Below are positions 24,204 through 37,530 of a stretch of DNA of 64,000 bases, piece after piece. Each line of letters starts with the position of its first letter. Position 1 is the first letter of the stretch. Both the position numbers and the translations under genes were made by a program. Where the stretch lies: contig NW_015168098.1 in NCBI RefSeq assembly GCF_001447785.1, positions 188,789-252,788 of the forward strand, in the 5' to 3' direction. The DNA comes from Gekko japonicus. Lineage: Eukaryota. Below the pieces are notes generated by a model, which did no database searches, was not told where the DNA came from, and saw nothing but the letters and a program-made list of their open reading frames with translations.

Positions 24204-25160
24204 CTACATATGATTCATCAACAACTTCTGAGCCATAACTGCTCCCCGTCCACAAATCTCACCTAGAATTCCCTTGAACAAATCGTTCCTCAGAGTATAG
24301 ATAAAGGGGCTCAGGAATGGATTGACTATACTACTGAGTAATGCTGGGGTTTTGCGAGCCCCTAAAGAGGATTTCTCAGATGGAATCACATACAGTAGGA
24401 TGGAGACAGCTGTAGACATTAGAAACAAGGTGAGATGCGCAGCACATGTGTTGAAGGCCTTCTTCCGGCCGGTGCCAGTGGGTATGCGCAAAATGGCAGA
24501 GACAATGTAAGCATAGGAGATGACCGTCAGAGCCAAAGAGCAGAGAATGACGACTGATGACAACCCAAAAGTGACTAGCTGTATCAGGCGCGTGTCAGTA
24601 CATGAAAGCTTCAGCAGAGGTTCGCTGTCACAGAAAAAGTGGTCAATGATGTTTGACTTGCAATAAGACAACCTGGTGATTATGATTGTTGGATAAAGGA
24701 CAGAGCAAAACCCACCCAACCAGCAAAACAACACTATCTGGACACACACGTGGCTATTCATGATGGAAGGGTACCGCAAGGGGTTGCATATGGCAACATA
24801 GCGGTCGTAGGACATGCATGTCAAGAGGAAATATTCCACTGTACTCAGGAAGAAATAGAAGTAGGATTGGGCCATGCAACCAGCAAAGGAGATAGTCTTG
24901 GCATCAGAGAAGAGGTTCCTCAGAAAGCTGGGAACAGTCACTGTTGAAAAGGCAAAGTCCAGCACAGAGAGGTTGGCAAGGAAGAAGTACATGGGCGTGT
25001 GAAGGCGGGTCGTGGTGATAATGATGATCAGAACTGACATGTTACCAAGCAATGTCAAGAGGTAGACAGCCAGGAGAACCACTGCCAATAAGATCTCTGC
25101 TTTACGTCCGATCAGAAAGCCCAGGAGGACAAAGTCTTCATGTCCAGTGTGGTTTCCCAT
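24204..25160 (-). CDS. Olfactory receptor, family-6-like, intact (318 aa from ATG 25160)
   Basis: MGNHT; [55 protein letters not shown]. Confidence 0.95.
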   Translation of the reverse strand: MGNHTGHEDFVLLGFLIGRKAEILLAVVLLAVYLLTLLGNMSVLIIIITTTRLHTPMYFFLANLSVLDFAFSTVTVPSFLRNLFSDAKTISFAGCMAQSYFYFFLSTVEYFLLTCMSYDRYVAICNPLRYPSIMNSHVCVQIVLFCWLGGFCSVLYPTIIITRLSYCKSNIIDHFFCDSEPLLKLSCTDTRLIQLVTFGLSSVVILCSLALTVISYAYIVSAILRIPTGTGRKKAFNTCAAHLTLFLMSTAVSILLYVIPSEKSSLGARKTPALLSSIVNPFLSPFIYTLRNDLFKGILGEICGRGAVMAQKLLMNHM

Positions 25161-25923
25161 TCCTAACCTCACCAAAGACAAACATTAAAAAAGATTTTGA
25201 CCCCTCCAAATACAGATACGCAAGAAAAATCAATTTATCTTTTAGTTTTGTTAACCCACTTTTCCACATTTGGAATATTTCCTTGCCTCCCATTTCACAT
25301 CTGTTTTCAATTCTGCAGTGCAGGAAAGTATTGGATTATGAACCTCTGTCTCACGATATGTGAAAGTGGGCGAGAACTCTGATTCCACGATATCTCTGGT
25401 TAGAGAAATATGTTCATAATCTACCATTTCAGGACTGCAGTAATCCTTCAGTGCAATCCTAAACAATGTTACACGTTTCTACAGTGGAGTCAATTGTTTT
25501 ACAGAAGTGTAGGATTATATTGTTGGCTTGTTTATTTATTTTTCAAATTTATACTCCGCCCTCCCCCTTCTTTGCTTCTATCTTTGCTATATTTGCGTCT
25601 TGGTATTCCTTTTCAGATTTTAATATTTTAAGGGCAATACAGACATATGAAATGGTTCGTTCAACTGGCAATGCTTTTTCTTAACAAGAAAGGCTTGGGG
25701 ACTTAGAAGACCAGGAAGCGCTACTCTCAGGATTGAATAAACATATCCTTACAAAATATGATAGAAATACATAGCATTAATACTTTTAGAGCGTTATGAT
25801 ATTAAACTGTCCTGTACGCAGAACACCTTTGAGGATACAATCATGATTGGTTGCCATGCCTGATCTCAATATCCAGAACTCCCAGTACTTTTCAGGCTGG
25901 CAATGACATGTCAGTAATGGTCA

Positions 25924-26268
25924 TAACAACAATGGGAAAGAGCTGTGAAGCTGGACACAGTAGAACTGGTAAAAATGTTAATATATCGGACAGATACAAT
26001 GTGTGCAGTACATGAATATAATCATTGCACAATAAAGCACAATAATACTAAATATGAATCTTCTTCGTTGGAAAGAACTATTTTGGAAAGAGAATTTTAT
26101 GGAATATTTCATTGTGTATCAGAAGATTCCTATTTAGCTTCTAGTATTATTGTGCTTTATTGTGCAGTGATTATATTCATGTACTGCACACATTGTATCT
26201 GTCCAATATATTAACATTGTTACCAGTTCTACCGTGTCCTGCTTCACAGTTCTTTCCCATTGTTGTTA
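25924..26268. repeat. Long inverted repeat, ~140-bp arms (probable Penelope-like inverted pLTR remnant)
   Basis: 25924-26063 is the reverse complement of 26122-26268 with few mismatches and a ~58-bp spacer. Confidence 0.85.
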
Positions 26269-26442
26269 CTACTATACAGCTGTGTGATCTCCTTTTTTGT
26301 TTAACCTATGTCAGGAATGATCAGCATTCACCCACATATCTAAGACTTCCCAAGCATTCACAAAGGCCTTGGGATCTTAAAGTCAGACTCCCTGCTGCAA
26401 TTTCAAATTTCCCACACATTAGTCCCTGCTATGTAAGTTACA

Positions 26443-26792
26443 GTAAAGGTAAAGGTTTCCCTTGCTCGAAAGCCAGTCAAATCCGACTCTAGGGTTGCGG
26501 TGCTCATCTCCGTTTCAAAGCCGAAGAGCCAGCGCTGCCCAAAGACGTTTCCGTGGTCATGTGGCCGGCGTGACTAAACACCAAGGCGCACGGAACGCTG
26601 TTACCTTCCCACCGAAGTGGTCCCTATTTATCTACTTGCAATGTCTTGCTTTCGAACTGCTAGGTTGGCAGGAGCTGGGACTAGAGACAGGAGCTCACTC
26701 CGTCATGCGGCACACCCGGGTCTCGAACTGCTGAACGACCGACCTTCCACAGCCTGCAGTTCAGCGTCTTAACCCCTTGAGCCACCGCAGCT
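26443..26792 (-). mobile_element. Sauria SINE, full length
   Basis: (accttt)n tail; tRNA-like head ggagctgcggtggctcaag; ~16-18-bp TSD cctgctatgtaagttaca at 26425-26442 and 26793-26810. Confidence 0.9.
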
Positions 26793-27044
26793 CCTGCTAT
26801 GTAAGTTACATCCAAACTAAACAGTAAGCACAGTCCTGAATAGAGGTACACCTTTCTAAATCTATTTAAGTCAATGGACTTAGAAGAGCTTAACTCTGCT
26901 CAAGATTCCATTGTGCATTTGGAGTGGGGGGGGGTGATGTGCATAAAGTAGGTATGATGGGAATGTTAATGTCATTCCAGAAACAATTTAGTAGAACCAT
27001 CCAGACGATGCATCCACGGAAGGTCCACATATAGGCTACCGAGA

Positions 27045-27270
27045 GGCAGCATGGTGTAGAGGTTAAAGTGGCAGACTAGGATCTGGGACAGCCAGGTTTG
27101 AATCCCCGCTTGCCCCGTGGAAGCTTGCCGGGTGACCTTGGGAAGTCACACACTCTCACCCAGACTACCTCACAAGGTTTTGTGAGGGTAAAACAGAAGA
27201 GAGAATGGGAGGATTGGAAGATCTAGGAGAAAGGTGGAGTACGGATTAAGAAAGTCAATGAATAAATTAA
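27045..27270 (+). mobile_element. Old tRNA-derived SINE (Squam3-like)
   Basis: ggcagcatggtgtagaggttaaagtg...ggtttgaatcccc A/B boxes. Confidence 0.55.
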
Positions 27271-28354
27271 AAGATGTGTATGATGGGGAACTAGGAATCC
27301 TTCAGCCCCTTTGCTTAGGAAACCCAGATGCACTACTTACTTAGGGAGATCGCATTATGAAGCTTCTTTTCATCATCTTTGCTTTGGTGCCCAGCGCTCT
27401 CCTTTTGTATATTCTTATTCATTCTTAATTTCTACGATTAAAAAAAGGCCTTCCTCCCCAGAAGTAAGTTTCACTGAGTTCAAAAAGATGTCTTCCCTGG
27501 GGGCCAACACCTTCCACTGACAAAGTCATTATCCCATCCCAGATATTGTCCGGCTAGTAACACGTGAAGATCAAGACCAACTAGTCCCTTGTTAGAGCAC
27601 GAGTATTATCAGCCAAGGCAGCATGCATTGAGTGGGAAAGAGGTGTCCTGTGAAAAGGTTCTGACCAGATGACCCCAGTCTTCATTTTTCTTGTATGCCC
27701 TTCATTGGGAACCACATGAGTCTCCTCTTAAATAACAACTGCCCAACATGTTCCACATTTGGAAGAGGTCTTAATGAAACAGTGCAGGCAGGAAGTTGAT
27801 GCCAAATAGTGAAGTGAATGAGAGCAAGGAAAGATAAAATAGATGTACATATCTGCCCAGAATTTAAAGGGCAAATGAAAGAACAGGGAATGGGAGCAGA
27901 TGCTACAAACCCAGGGTTTGATAATCTCTGACAACATAATCCAATGTTCTCAAGTTCTCCAACAAGAAGAAACATTTATGGTTGATTTCCCATGATATAA
28001 TAGATTCTTTTAGTTGTTGTCTTTCTAATTCAGTAGCTCTGCTTTTACAAGATGATTCCAATGATCTTCTCAAGGGAAGCAATTTAGAAATGTTTGCCCA
28101 CATGAGTATGACTTATTAGCATAGAAATTAGGGAATAGTGTCAAATGTATGTATTTGGTATTGACCGATTAAAATATAGTGTTATGTTCTCAAACTGGTT
28201 TATGAGAACTGTGAAAACTAGTTGTTTCATATATTTAAGCAATAAAATGACAAACTGATCTTAAGCAATCAAACAACACCATTCACACAAAAAAAATCAA
28301 TTGAATCTAAAATCTGTTATAATGCCTTAAAACTAAGAGCAAAATCCAAAAGGG

Positions 28355-28356
<2 letters not shown>

Positions 28357-28404
<48 letters not shown>
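28357..28404. repeat. (GA)n microsatellite
   Basis: Directly visible. Confidence 0.95.
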
Positions 28405-28406
<2 letters not shown>

Positions 28407-28434
28407 TTCTCAGACTTGGCATTTATGAGATAAA

Positions 28435-28638
28435 CAGTGTTCCCTCTAAGCTGAGTTGGTGTGAGTTAGCTCACAGTTTTTTAGCCTCTGGCTCACAGAT
28501 ATTTGCTCAGGAAGGATGGCCTCGAAGCAAACTGATTTATGAAGCAACCTAATGGCTCACTCACAACTTTAATGCCCATAGCTCACAAAGTAGGATTTTT
28601 GCTCACAAGACTCCACAGCTTAGAGGGACATAACATTG
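28435..28638. mobile_element. hAT MITE
   Basis: TIRs cagtgttccctctaagctg / cagcttagaggga...acattg; near-perfect 8-bp TSD gagataaa / gacataaa. Confidence 0.75.
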
Positions 28639-28989
28639 GACATAAACAGTGCAATCCTAAGAATACTTTCCTAGGAGTAGGCCTCATTGAACAGGACTTA
28701 GTAAGATTCAGAGTAGAACTACTTAGGATTGCTTTCTTAGAACCCACTCCTAACCATCTTTACTAAGAAGGTGGGCAACCCCATCGAATTTAACGACATT
28801 TATTTTCCAACTGATGTGCTCCTTTTTGTAGTCTTAATGTTTAGGATAGTTTCTTCATTGTCTCTGTTTTTTGTCTGTTTTAACATCTATCAGATTTAAA
28901 AGTCTACTGCTTAAAACAAAAATTCAAATTAAATGTAGCAGAAGCATTCTGCATAGCCGTAACTAGGGAGGCAAAACCTATATACTTTC

Positions 28990-29266
28990 AGGCCAGTTTG
29001 GTGTAGTGGTTAAGTGTGCGGAGTCTAATCTCGGAGAACCGTGTTTGATTCCCCACTCCTCCACTTGCACCAGGCTGGATGACCTTGGCCAAGCCGTAGT
29101 TCTGATAAGAGCTGTTCTTGAAAAAATAGCCATTTCTGTCAAGAGCTCTCACAGGGTGTCTGTTGTGGGGAGGGGAAGGGAAAGGAGTTGGTAAGCTGCT
29201 CTGAGACACCTTTGGGTAGTGAAGGGCAGGGTATAAATCCAATCTCTTCTCTTCTCCTTCTTCTTC
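28990..29266 (+). mobile_element. tRNA-derived SINE (Squam3-like)
   Basis: gccagtttggtgtagtggttaagtgtgcgga...tttgattccccactcctccac; (ctt)n tail; relatives at ~37030, 42500, 43900, 51240, 53483 and 54187. Confidence 0.8.
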
Positions 29267-31589
29267 TGTAGTAACAGAACAAAAAATTGAGTTCTGGAGC
29301 ACTGTAAACACCAACATTCCCCCCTCCCAAGTCAAAGCACACTTTGTCAGATGACCAAGAAAATTAATCACTTGGAAAATGTTGGTTTACTTTTTACTCT
29401 GCTACAGGATTCAAAAATCTATATATGAGTAATTCAACCAGAGTGCACTAAATTCTTTCATGTGCACGCTGGGGTACTTTTGTCCCAGAAGGCTTCCCAT
29501 TCACTTCAATGGATGAAGGAGCTCTGCACGTATGGAGCTCATCTCCATGGAAGTAGATGGAGAACAATTTATGTGGTGAGGATGAAGGAACTGAAATGAA
29601 GAGGAGATGGACAGTTGGCATGGTGCAGTGGTTGGACTAGGAATGGAGAGCCCTGGGTGACCTTGGCCCCCCAGTCTGTCACAACCCATCAGTCCTCACA
29701 AGACTGCTGGAGGGGAGAACTATGTATGTTGGTTGCCAACTGTCCATCTCATGTATGTTGGTTGCCCAGGGCTCCTTGGAGGAAGGATGGGATAAGAAAT
29801 ATGATGAACAGAGGAAAGTCTTCCAATGATTCAAGGCAATGAAGTTTGATTCTTTGATGTCTCTCAAGTAAGAAGCAAAGTTTTTTGGCTGTTCTATCAT
29901 TTTAGGAGACCCCGCAGTGTGCATGTGAGCACCTCTTAGAAAGTCGATATCTTTGCCCAGCTTTCCTCAAAAGCTAGGTTTTGAGAAAATTACAGTCTCT
30001 TCCTAAAGCGTTCACTCAATTAGCCTACTTCCCCTAAAATACAGACCTGGCCTCTATTTAGGGAGGGGCCATGGCTCAGAATTAGAGCATCTGCTTGGCA
30101 TGCAGAAGGTCCCAGGTTTGACCCCTGGCATTGTTGGAAAAGGCGATGTCTGGTATAGAAAGAAGAAAAGAAGACCCTGCAGGGGGCTGCAAGAAAAAAA
30201 ATTAGACAGAATAGTGAGGCCAGTACCTTCTCTCCTGTTAAGTGCCATTCCTTGTCTGTCTCCAGATAGCTACTCTTAGGACAATTTCCCCCTCCTCGGA
30301 AGTGCCACACTCAGTCTTACCCTCTGTTTTCAACTAGAGGTGTAGTTAGGGACTCTGTCTCTCCTCTTTCTGATCAAGTATGTTAATTCCTAAACAAACC
30401 TTTTCTCTACTCTTTAATCAGGTTGGGCACCATTGCTGTGTTAATTATTTTGCCAATGGGTATCTCCAGTAAGGATCAAGGTGTAGGTAATGTGAAAGAC
30501 TCCATCTTGGAGAGCCAGTCTGAGTAGACAATACTGACCTTGATGGAACAATAGTATGATTCACTATAAGACAGCTTTAAGTGTTCATGTGACCTATGTA
30601 GTCTCCTGAGAGGATCCTACCTCCTCCAATTATCCCTCTGGAGGCACAAACCTTATCTGACTCAAACTGGCAGTTTTACAAACTTTCTCCTCCGCCCACC
30701 CCCTTCTGACTCCTCCAGAATTCCATACATCCTGATTGGCTGTTAGATGCTCTGCATATACACCAAACAGGCATGCAGGGAACTGGTGATTGACAGAAAG
30801 ACGCAGGACTTTTGCCTGTTAGTCACATAGATAGATGCTCTCTCCCGTTCTTTAATGTTATTCTGAAGACTCCCATTTTTCCAATGTAAAGTTTTTGGAG
30901 AACTGGGTGGGGGAACCTCTTATGGAATATTTTCTTTTCTTTACTTTAATTTCTTTTCTTTTTTTAAATGAAATGTCTTTTCAGCCAACATTTGACTCAC
31001 TCAAAATGTATGAAACTTTTTATGAAAGCTAAACTACAGCATCAGATAATGATAATTCCTGTATTTATTTGTAGACATATACAACATACGCACATTCAAG
31101 TATTTGGATTTTTTTGTACACATAGAACACATTTTGCCCAGAATTAATACGCTATAATGTGCATGATTTCATTTATTTTACTTTGTTAATTTCTTTATTT
31201 ATACCAAGTCTTTCTTCGTTCATGTTTTCATAAGGTAACTTATGATGTTAATATACAATTGAAGAGTTCAGAACTTTCAATGTTCTAAAGTTTAACTTAA
31301 TAACCAAAGAGACTGCCGGTCCTATATTTACTGTATGTGGCAGTTCCATCCAAATAATACACTTGATTTTGTTTAGTACAAAATGTGTGTGTTTTATTTT
31401 TGATTTCTATTATTTCCCCCATCATATTTGGCGTCTAATTTTGTTTTTTTTTAAACTATGACATTCAGACTAAATTTGATAAATACTACAATGTTATATG
31501 CTCATCTCGTTCTACATTATACACCTTAAATCACTAAAGCGGTCAAATTATGTTCAGGAAGAAAGTTAGTGGAGGGAAGTCAACATGAC

Positions 31590-31710
31590 ATGGCTCAATC
31601 TTGTCAGATCTCAGAAGCTAAGTAGGGTCAATACTTGGAAGGGACACCACCAAGGAAGACTCTGCAGAGGAAGACAATGGCAAACCACTTCTGCTTCTCA
31701 CTTGCCTTGC
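31590..31710 (+). mobile_element. 5S-derived SINE fragment
   Basis: atcttgtcagatctcagaagctaagtagggtc...gaggaagacaatggcaaaccac. Confidence 0.65.
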
Positions 31711-32208
31711 TGGAGTCATCATACTGGGACATACAAGAAAGTTAGCAATTCATATTTCCATTTTCCTCCATATTTATGTTCCACCCCTCCTACAAAAATA
31801 CATTTTATTGCCACTGCTCTGTACTGAGACTAATCTCGTCAGCCCCATCTTGGGGACACAGAACAATGGACTGCTAGGATCCTGGGATGGACCTATCACC
31901 CATGAGCAAATAGCCTATTGTTGGGAGTGGGTGTGTGATGGGTGTGCCGTTTTACAGGCTTATAAGCAGGGCTCTGGCCCTGCTAGAGTTGTCTTTAGTT
32001 TGAGCTGAAACCACTAATAAACTATGAGCTGATCACTCAACACGTCTGAACCCAGTATATTTCAGCCACATTGTCAGATATTATACATCGCTACTGTTCA
32101 TATCTTGTTTATTTATCATTGTAGGTATCCATTTATGAACCTGCAACATTTCCCCAAATGGGCTCCAGGTGTCTTTACAAAAAGGAAACTCTTAGGTACC
32201 CATTAAAC

Positions 32209-32642
32209 CAGGGGTGTCAAACATGTGGCCCAGGGGACAGATCAGGCCCCCAAAGGGCTTTTATCAGGCCCGCAGTGGAACTGGCTGTCTTCTGCTTCTT
32301 CTTCCAGTTTTGCTGCTGCGTCATAGTAGGTTTGGAGCTTATAGACACACACCTGAACAGCATACTCAAGATTGCAACGGCACAGACATTCTGACGCAAT
32401 AATTCTGAGCAAGAGATGATGGTCAGTTATCAGACACTGTTAAATAAACAAAATATTGCAAGAGTGCTAATGGTTTAAGCATGTTTTTATTTTAAGTAAA
32501 AAAAGCCTTTTGTGTTTGTGTTCTTTATAAAGTTTATATCTCTGCTACCTGGCATTACATTTTATGATACACATGGCCCGGCCCAACAAGGTCTCATTTA
32601 TGTCAGATCCGGCCCCCATAACAAATGAGTTCGACACCCCTG
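32209..32642. mobile_element. hAT (Charlie-like) MITE
   Basis: TIRs caggggtgtcaaac / gttcgacacccctg; perfect 8-bp TSD cattaaac at 32201-32208 and 32643-32650. Confidence 0.88.
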
Positions 32643-33239
32643 CATTAAACAGTATCAAGTCCTACAAGAGTCAAAGAAATATCACACAAAACTAACAAAG
32701 AAAACCTCAAACATCACGGAAAGCCCTAAGCCCTTAATTTGCACTGTTTGCTCAATTCTGAAGAGATCAGATACCATAGAGATACTGGTGAACAGGAATA
32801 GCTTGGAATGCATGATTCAGGAGATTGTGATGAAAAATGTCCATCAATTATGGCCAAAGTAAATTAGACAGACTTGTCCATTGTTATCTTTTCTTGTCCT
32901 GCATGGCAATTTTCTACCCTTTGATTTTTCTACCATACACGATGATTGTGATTTCAAATGCTGCTCTGAGGTCTTTAGAGGACAGTCACGTACTCAAGGC
33001 TGCACTCCTAAGCATTTTTTAAAGGGTAAGAGCCATCGAACACAATGATATTTACTTCTTAGGAGACACATACAGAAAGACATGAGAAGGGTAGAAGAAG
33101 TAATGTCCTAGAAGTTGTTCTCAAACTGAAGAGATCAAAGTAAAGGAACACAGAGTAAGATGATACCTTCCACTTGTTTTATTGCATGTTCTCACTCTTC
33201 TGCATTGCCCCCTTTTTATTAAAATTGGTCCTTCTTTCT

Positions 33240-34190
33240 CTAGAAACTCATGGTTTTTTGAGTGATCAGTTGTATGTTCCTCCTTAATGCTTCCCTTATT
33301 GCCTGCTTTATATTGTCATTTTTCAATGTGAAGATGAAAGGATTCAGGAAGGGGCAGACAATGGTGGTAAGAACAGCAGGTACCTTGTGTACTTCTAGTG
33401 TCTCCTTCTGGGATGGTGTGATATAGATGAAGATGGTGATGCCACAGGAGATGGAGATGATGGTCAGATGAGAAGCGCAGGTGTTGAAGGCTTTTGACCG
33501 GCCAGTGGTGGTAGAGATGCGCAATATTGCTGAGATGATATATGTATAGGAAACCAGCGTCAAGACCAGTGAGCAAAGAACAACAAGAGAGGAGAGCAAA
33601 AAGTCCATCAGTTCTATGAAATGTGTGTCTGAGCAGGATAGGTCCAATAGTGGACCACTGTCACAAAAGAAATGGTTGATGACATTGGACCTACAGTACG
33701 ATAACCTGGTGATCATGATGGTGGGACAAAGGACAGAGAGGAACCCTCCCAACCAGCTACCCAGCAACATCTGAATGCACACCCGGCCATTGATGATGGC
33801 ATGGTACTGAAGAGGCTTGCAGATGGCAGCATAGCGATCATAGGACATGGAGGTGAAGAGGAGGAACTCCACTGTGCCCAGGAAGAAGTAGAAATAGGAT
33901 TGGGCCATGCAGCCAGAAAAAGAGATGGATTTGTCATTAGAAAAAAGATTCCACAGTAGCTGAGGGCTAATAACAGAAGTGAAGAGGATGTCTAGCACAG
34001 AGACGTTGCTGAGAAAAAAGTACATGGGGCTGTGGAGCCGACTGTCCGTCAATACAATTGAGAGGACAGTCATATTCCCTGCCATGGATATAACGTACAT
34101 AGCCAGAAAGAGGCACGCAAGAAGGATCTCTGCTTGACGTCCAACAGAAAATCCCATCAGGATGAATTCAGACACGCTCTGGTTCTCCAT
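33240..34190 (-). CDS. Olfactory receptor, family-6-like, intact (316 aa from ATG 34190)
   Basis: MENQSVSEF; LHSPMYFFLSN, MSYDRYAAICKPLQY, NHFFCD, KAFNTCASH, PFLNPFIFTLKN. The longer track ORF runs through a probable splice acceptor near 34224. Confidence 0.95.
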   Translation of the reverse strand: MENQSVSEFILMGFSVGRQAEILLACLFLAMYVISMAGNMTVLSIVLTDSRLHSPMYFFLSNVSVLDILFTSVISPQLLWNLFSNDKSISFSGCMAQSYFYFFLGTVEFLLFTSMSYDRYAAICKPLQYHAIINGRVCIQMLLGSWLGGFLSVLCPTIMITRLSYCRSNVINHFFCDSGPLLDLSCSDTHFIELMDFLLSSLVVLCSLVLTLVSYTYIISAILRISTTTGRSKAFNTCASHLTIISISCGITIFIYITPSQKETLEVHKVPAVLTTIVCPFLNPFIFTLKNDNIKQAIREALRRNIQLITQKTMSF

Positions 34191-37100
34191 CGTGCTTCTT
34201 CCTTCTTCACTTAGCAGTTTTACCTGAAGGTTCGAAGGGAGAGTATAATTAGGCAATATTTCTATCACAATACATTCCCCAATCCCAGTCATATTTATAA
34301 CAGCTTTTCCCATATCTTATCTAGAAGGGAGGTCAGTTCTGATTATTCCTATTATGTGGACGATGAACAACTGAGATGAAGAGACAGTTATTTGCCTAAG
34401 GCAGACAGGTGAGGACATAAATCAAGAACAACGTATGAACCCACGAAGCTGCTTTTTACTGGGTCTGAGCTTTGATCTAGCAAGGCTAGTCTTGTCTACT
34501 TTGAATGGCAGTAGCTCTCAGGCATCTCAGAGGTCTTTCTCATCACCTGCTACCGGATCCTTTTCACTGGAGATTCAGGGGATTGAACCTGGAACACTCT
34601 GCATGAAAGACTGGTGCTCTACATTTGAGCCATGGCCCTTCCCTAACTCAACACTCTCCTAAATTCAAATGAAAAACGTAGCTGATCTTATTATGAAGAA
34701 TGAGGAAGCAGCCAGACCAGCAGATTCCAGAGGTGCTACCATTTCCTTGGGTCTCATCTCTACTCTCCTTTTGTCATTTAAAAGCAACTATAGTCAGTTC
34801 AATTCAGTTCTTTACTGTTACAGTTATTTGACCAAACATATAATCAATTTTAAAGTTTCCACAATAAACAACAATAAAACATGGTCTAATAAAACTTAAA
34901 CCTGGTTACTATACAATTTCTGTAGCCTACGTATCAAGAACGATAGTCAAGAACACAGGTCTGGAGGGTACAGTACTCACATTGACACCCTATGGTAGAT
35001 GGAGAAGCTAACGCTAGACCTTCCACATATGCTAAATAATGCACTTTCAATCCACTTTCAGTGTACTTTGCAACTGTATGGAACAGTAAAATCCACTTGC
35101 AAATGATTGATAAAGTGCATTGAATGTGGAATGAAAGTGCATTATGTTCTGAGTGTGAAAGCACCCTTTTAAGTTCAGTGTTCTACGCCACCAGCCAACC
35201 TAGCCACCCAACTGCCAACCAACCCAAAAGACACTTTTTGGAATGAGTTTGTTACTATGAATTGAACTACACATGAACACCGATGTGTGAGCTAATGCTA
35301 AATATTGTAGTATGGGAGGGAAACTAGACACAAGAAATGCTTAGTAAATATGATCATATATTTATGTTTGTATTACAAGACTTCAAAGGGAGAAGAGCAA
35401 TCCAAGAAGTCTTCTGGTTTGGGGACATTTTACTGGGGGGGTACAATTAAATGGGGACGGGAGAAGTGGTTAATAAAACTGTGCACAGTGAGAAGAAAGT
35501 AAGGTAGAACTTCTTTTTCTCCCTCCCCTGTTCTACTAGAGTAAAGATGGTGCGGGGAAAAAGATTTAGGAGAGGTAGGAGGAGGCACTTTGTCACACAG
35601 TGCATGTGTGAAGACTGGGACTTTACTGTCACAGGGGTCATGACGGTCATTAGTTCCATTGTCCTTAAAAGGGAATTAGACAAAGTTCTGACCAATCGGT
35701 CCGTAATGAATATGAGTCGGGGTGCTGGACGATGGTGGCAGCATGAGTAGTTTATCTCGGAACTCTCCCCTGAATGGGAAATACTGGGATTAAACCTGGT
35801 ACTTTAATGAGTAGTTTATTGGATTACTGGGGACATCTGGTTACCCACTATAGGAAATCCAGCACTGGTGAAGATGAACCCTTGGTCTGATCTTCTTATG
35901 CACTAACAATTTGATTCCTGTATTTTCCATAGGGGACAAGTAGACTTAAAGTTCAGTCCACCTCAAGGATGACAGAATGATGTGTGCCCAAGTGAGCAGT
36001 CAAAGTAATCTGTTCCTACCCCTCCTGTTTCATTCTCCCACTTCCTCTTCACACCACCCTTCTGCTTAACTGAATTACTGCTCACTCACTTTCTGAACAT
36101 CTGGTCAGTACAATCCTGGGAAGGGGACATCTCCAAAAGTCTCCGTTCTTCCTACACAATCACCAACAAGCTTCCTTCTATGCGTCCTTCTGTCCTGAAT
36201 CATCTCTGCAAGATTTTCCCCACCCGTCTGGAAACACCTGAATCCTTTTTCTGAGAACACGTGTCCCTCTTATTCTCAAAGGTGCAGTACACCTTCTCTC
36301 CCTTTGTCTCTTCTGCTCGTTCAAGGAGTGTCAAAGTAGCTTTGATGAATCAACAGTCCATGATGACTAGCATTCTATTTTTAACCACGTCTACTAGATA
36401 CAGCCCCTCTGGGAAACCACAAGCAACCAATAGGTCTGTCTGACTGGTTCTCTGTCTAGGTACCTACCTGCTATGTATTACTGTAGGCATCCGCTCTTCT
36501 GATGTTTCTGTCTCTATCTGGATCCTGCCATCCACAAGAAAAGTGAATTCTATCTCTCTCTGTTCTCCATGGCAGATACCAGTGGCTTTGACTTCTCTCA
36601 TTGTCAGCTAAACTGATCAATGGAGGAATTCCATTTGGCCACAACCTGCTAATCAGAACTCATTACTTGGGCTACAGGGAAACAGACTCTAGGGACTGTA
36701 TCAGAGGCATGATGAGATATCGAGTCGAGCAGGGACTTCTCATACTGTTTTATCCAGTCTCTTCTAGAAGCATAAGAAATATAGTAACTTTTTTTTCTTA
36801 TTATTTTTCTTATTATTACCACTATGGTGCAATAGATGAAGAGGTCAACTTCAGTGGGCGAGATCTGGGTTCAAATTTGCTTTCTTCCTCAAAGTTTGCA
36901 CAAAACCAAAAATGTGACCTTTCTTTGTTAATCAAGAAGTGTGAAAGAATGGGGGACCATGTTGCCCAAGCTTTCCCTTCTGTGTGTGGAGTGGGTATCC
37001 TCAGATGTAATCCATAACCATCACATCCTGGTAGAGTGGTTAGAGTTTCAGACTAGAAACTGGAAGACCCAGTTTCGAAGCCCTCTTCTGCCATGGAGGC

Positions 37101-37324
37101 TCACTAGGTGAGCTTGGTCCAGTAAAAAACTTACTTCACTGGGGTCTTGTAAAGATAACATGGATCAGAGGAGACAGCAGTAAACAGCTTCGAGTCCCCA
37201 TTGGAGACAAAGACAGGGGAGATATGAAGCAAGGAAATAAATAAATAAATAAAGCCGCTAATACTCACAATAAGTCTCTCTGGCCAACCTCTCCAACACA
37301 CACCTTAGGTGTATGGTGGTAAAA

Positions 37325-37530
37325 ATTGCAATCAAGTTGCAGCCAACTTCTGGTGACCCCGTAGGGTTATCAAGGCAAGAGACATTCAAAGGTGGTTAGC
37401 CATTGCCTGCCTCTGTGTAGCAACCCTGGACTTTCTTGGTGGTCTCCCATCCAAATACTAACTCGGGGTGACCCTGCTTCACTTTGGAGGTGTGATGTGG
37501 TCGGGCTAGCTTGGACCATCCAAGTCAGGG
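37325..37530 (-). mobile_element. 5S-derived SINE
   Basis: ggtggtctcccatccaaatactaac...gaccctgctt is the reverse of the 5S internal control region; RTE-like tail. Confidence 0.75.

Noticed and set aside
28990-29060. tRNA genes
   Set aside because: Only A/B-box-like SINE heads followed by SINE bodies; no clean cloverleaf.
34191-34313. Extended N-termini of ORs in the ORF track (also 16007, 25181, 62576, 11083)
   Set aside because: Most run through probable splice acceptors or use non-ATG starts; the downstream ATG next to the N-glycosylation site gives canonical OR length.
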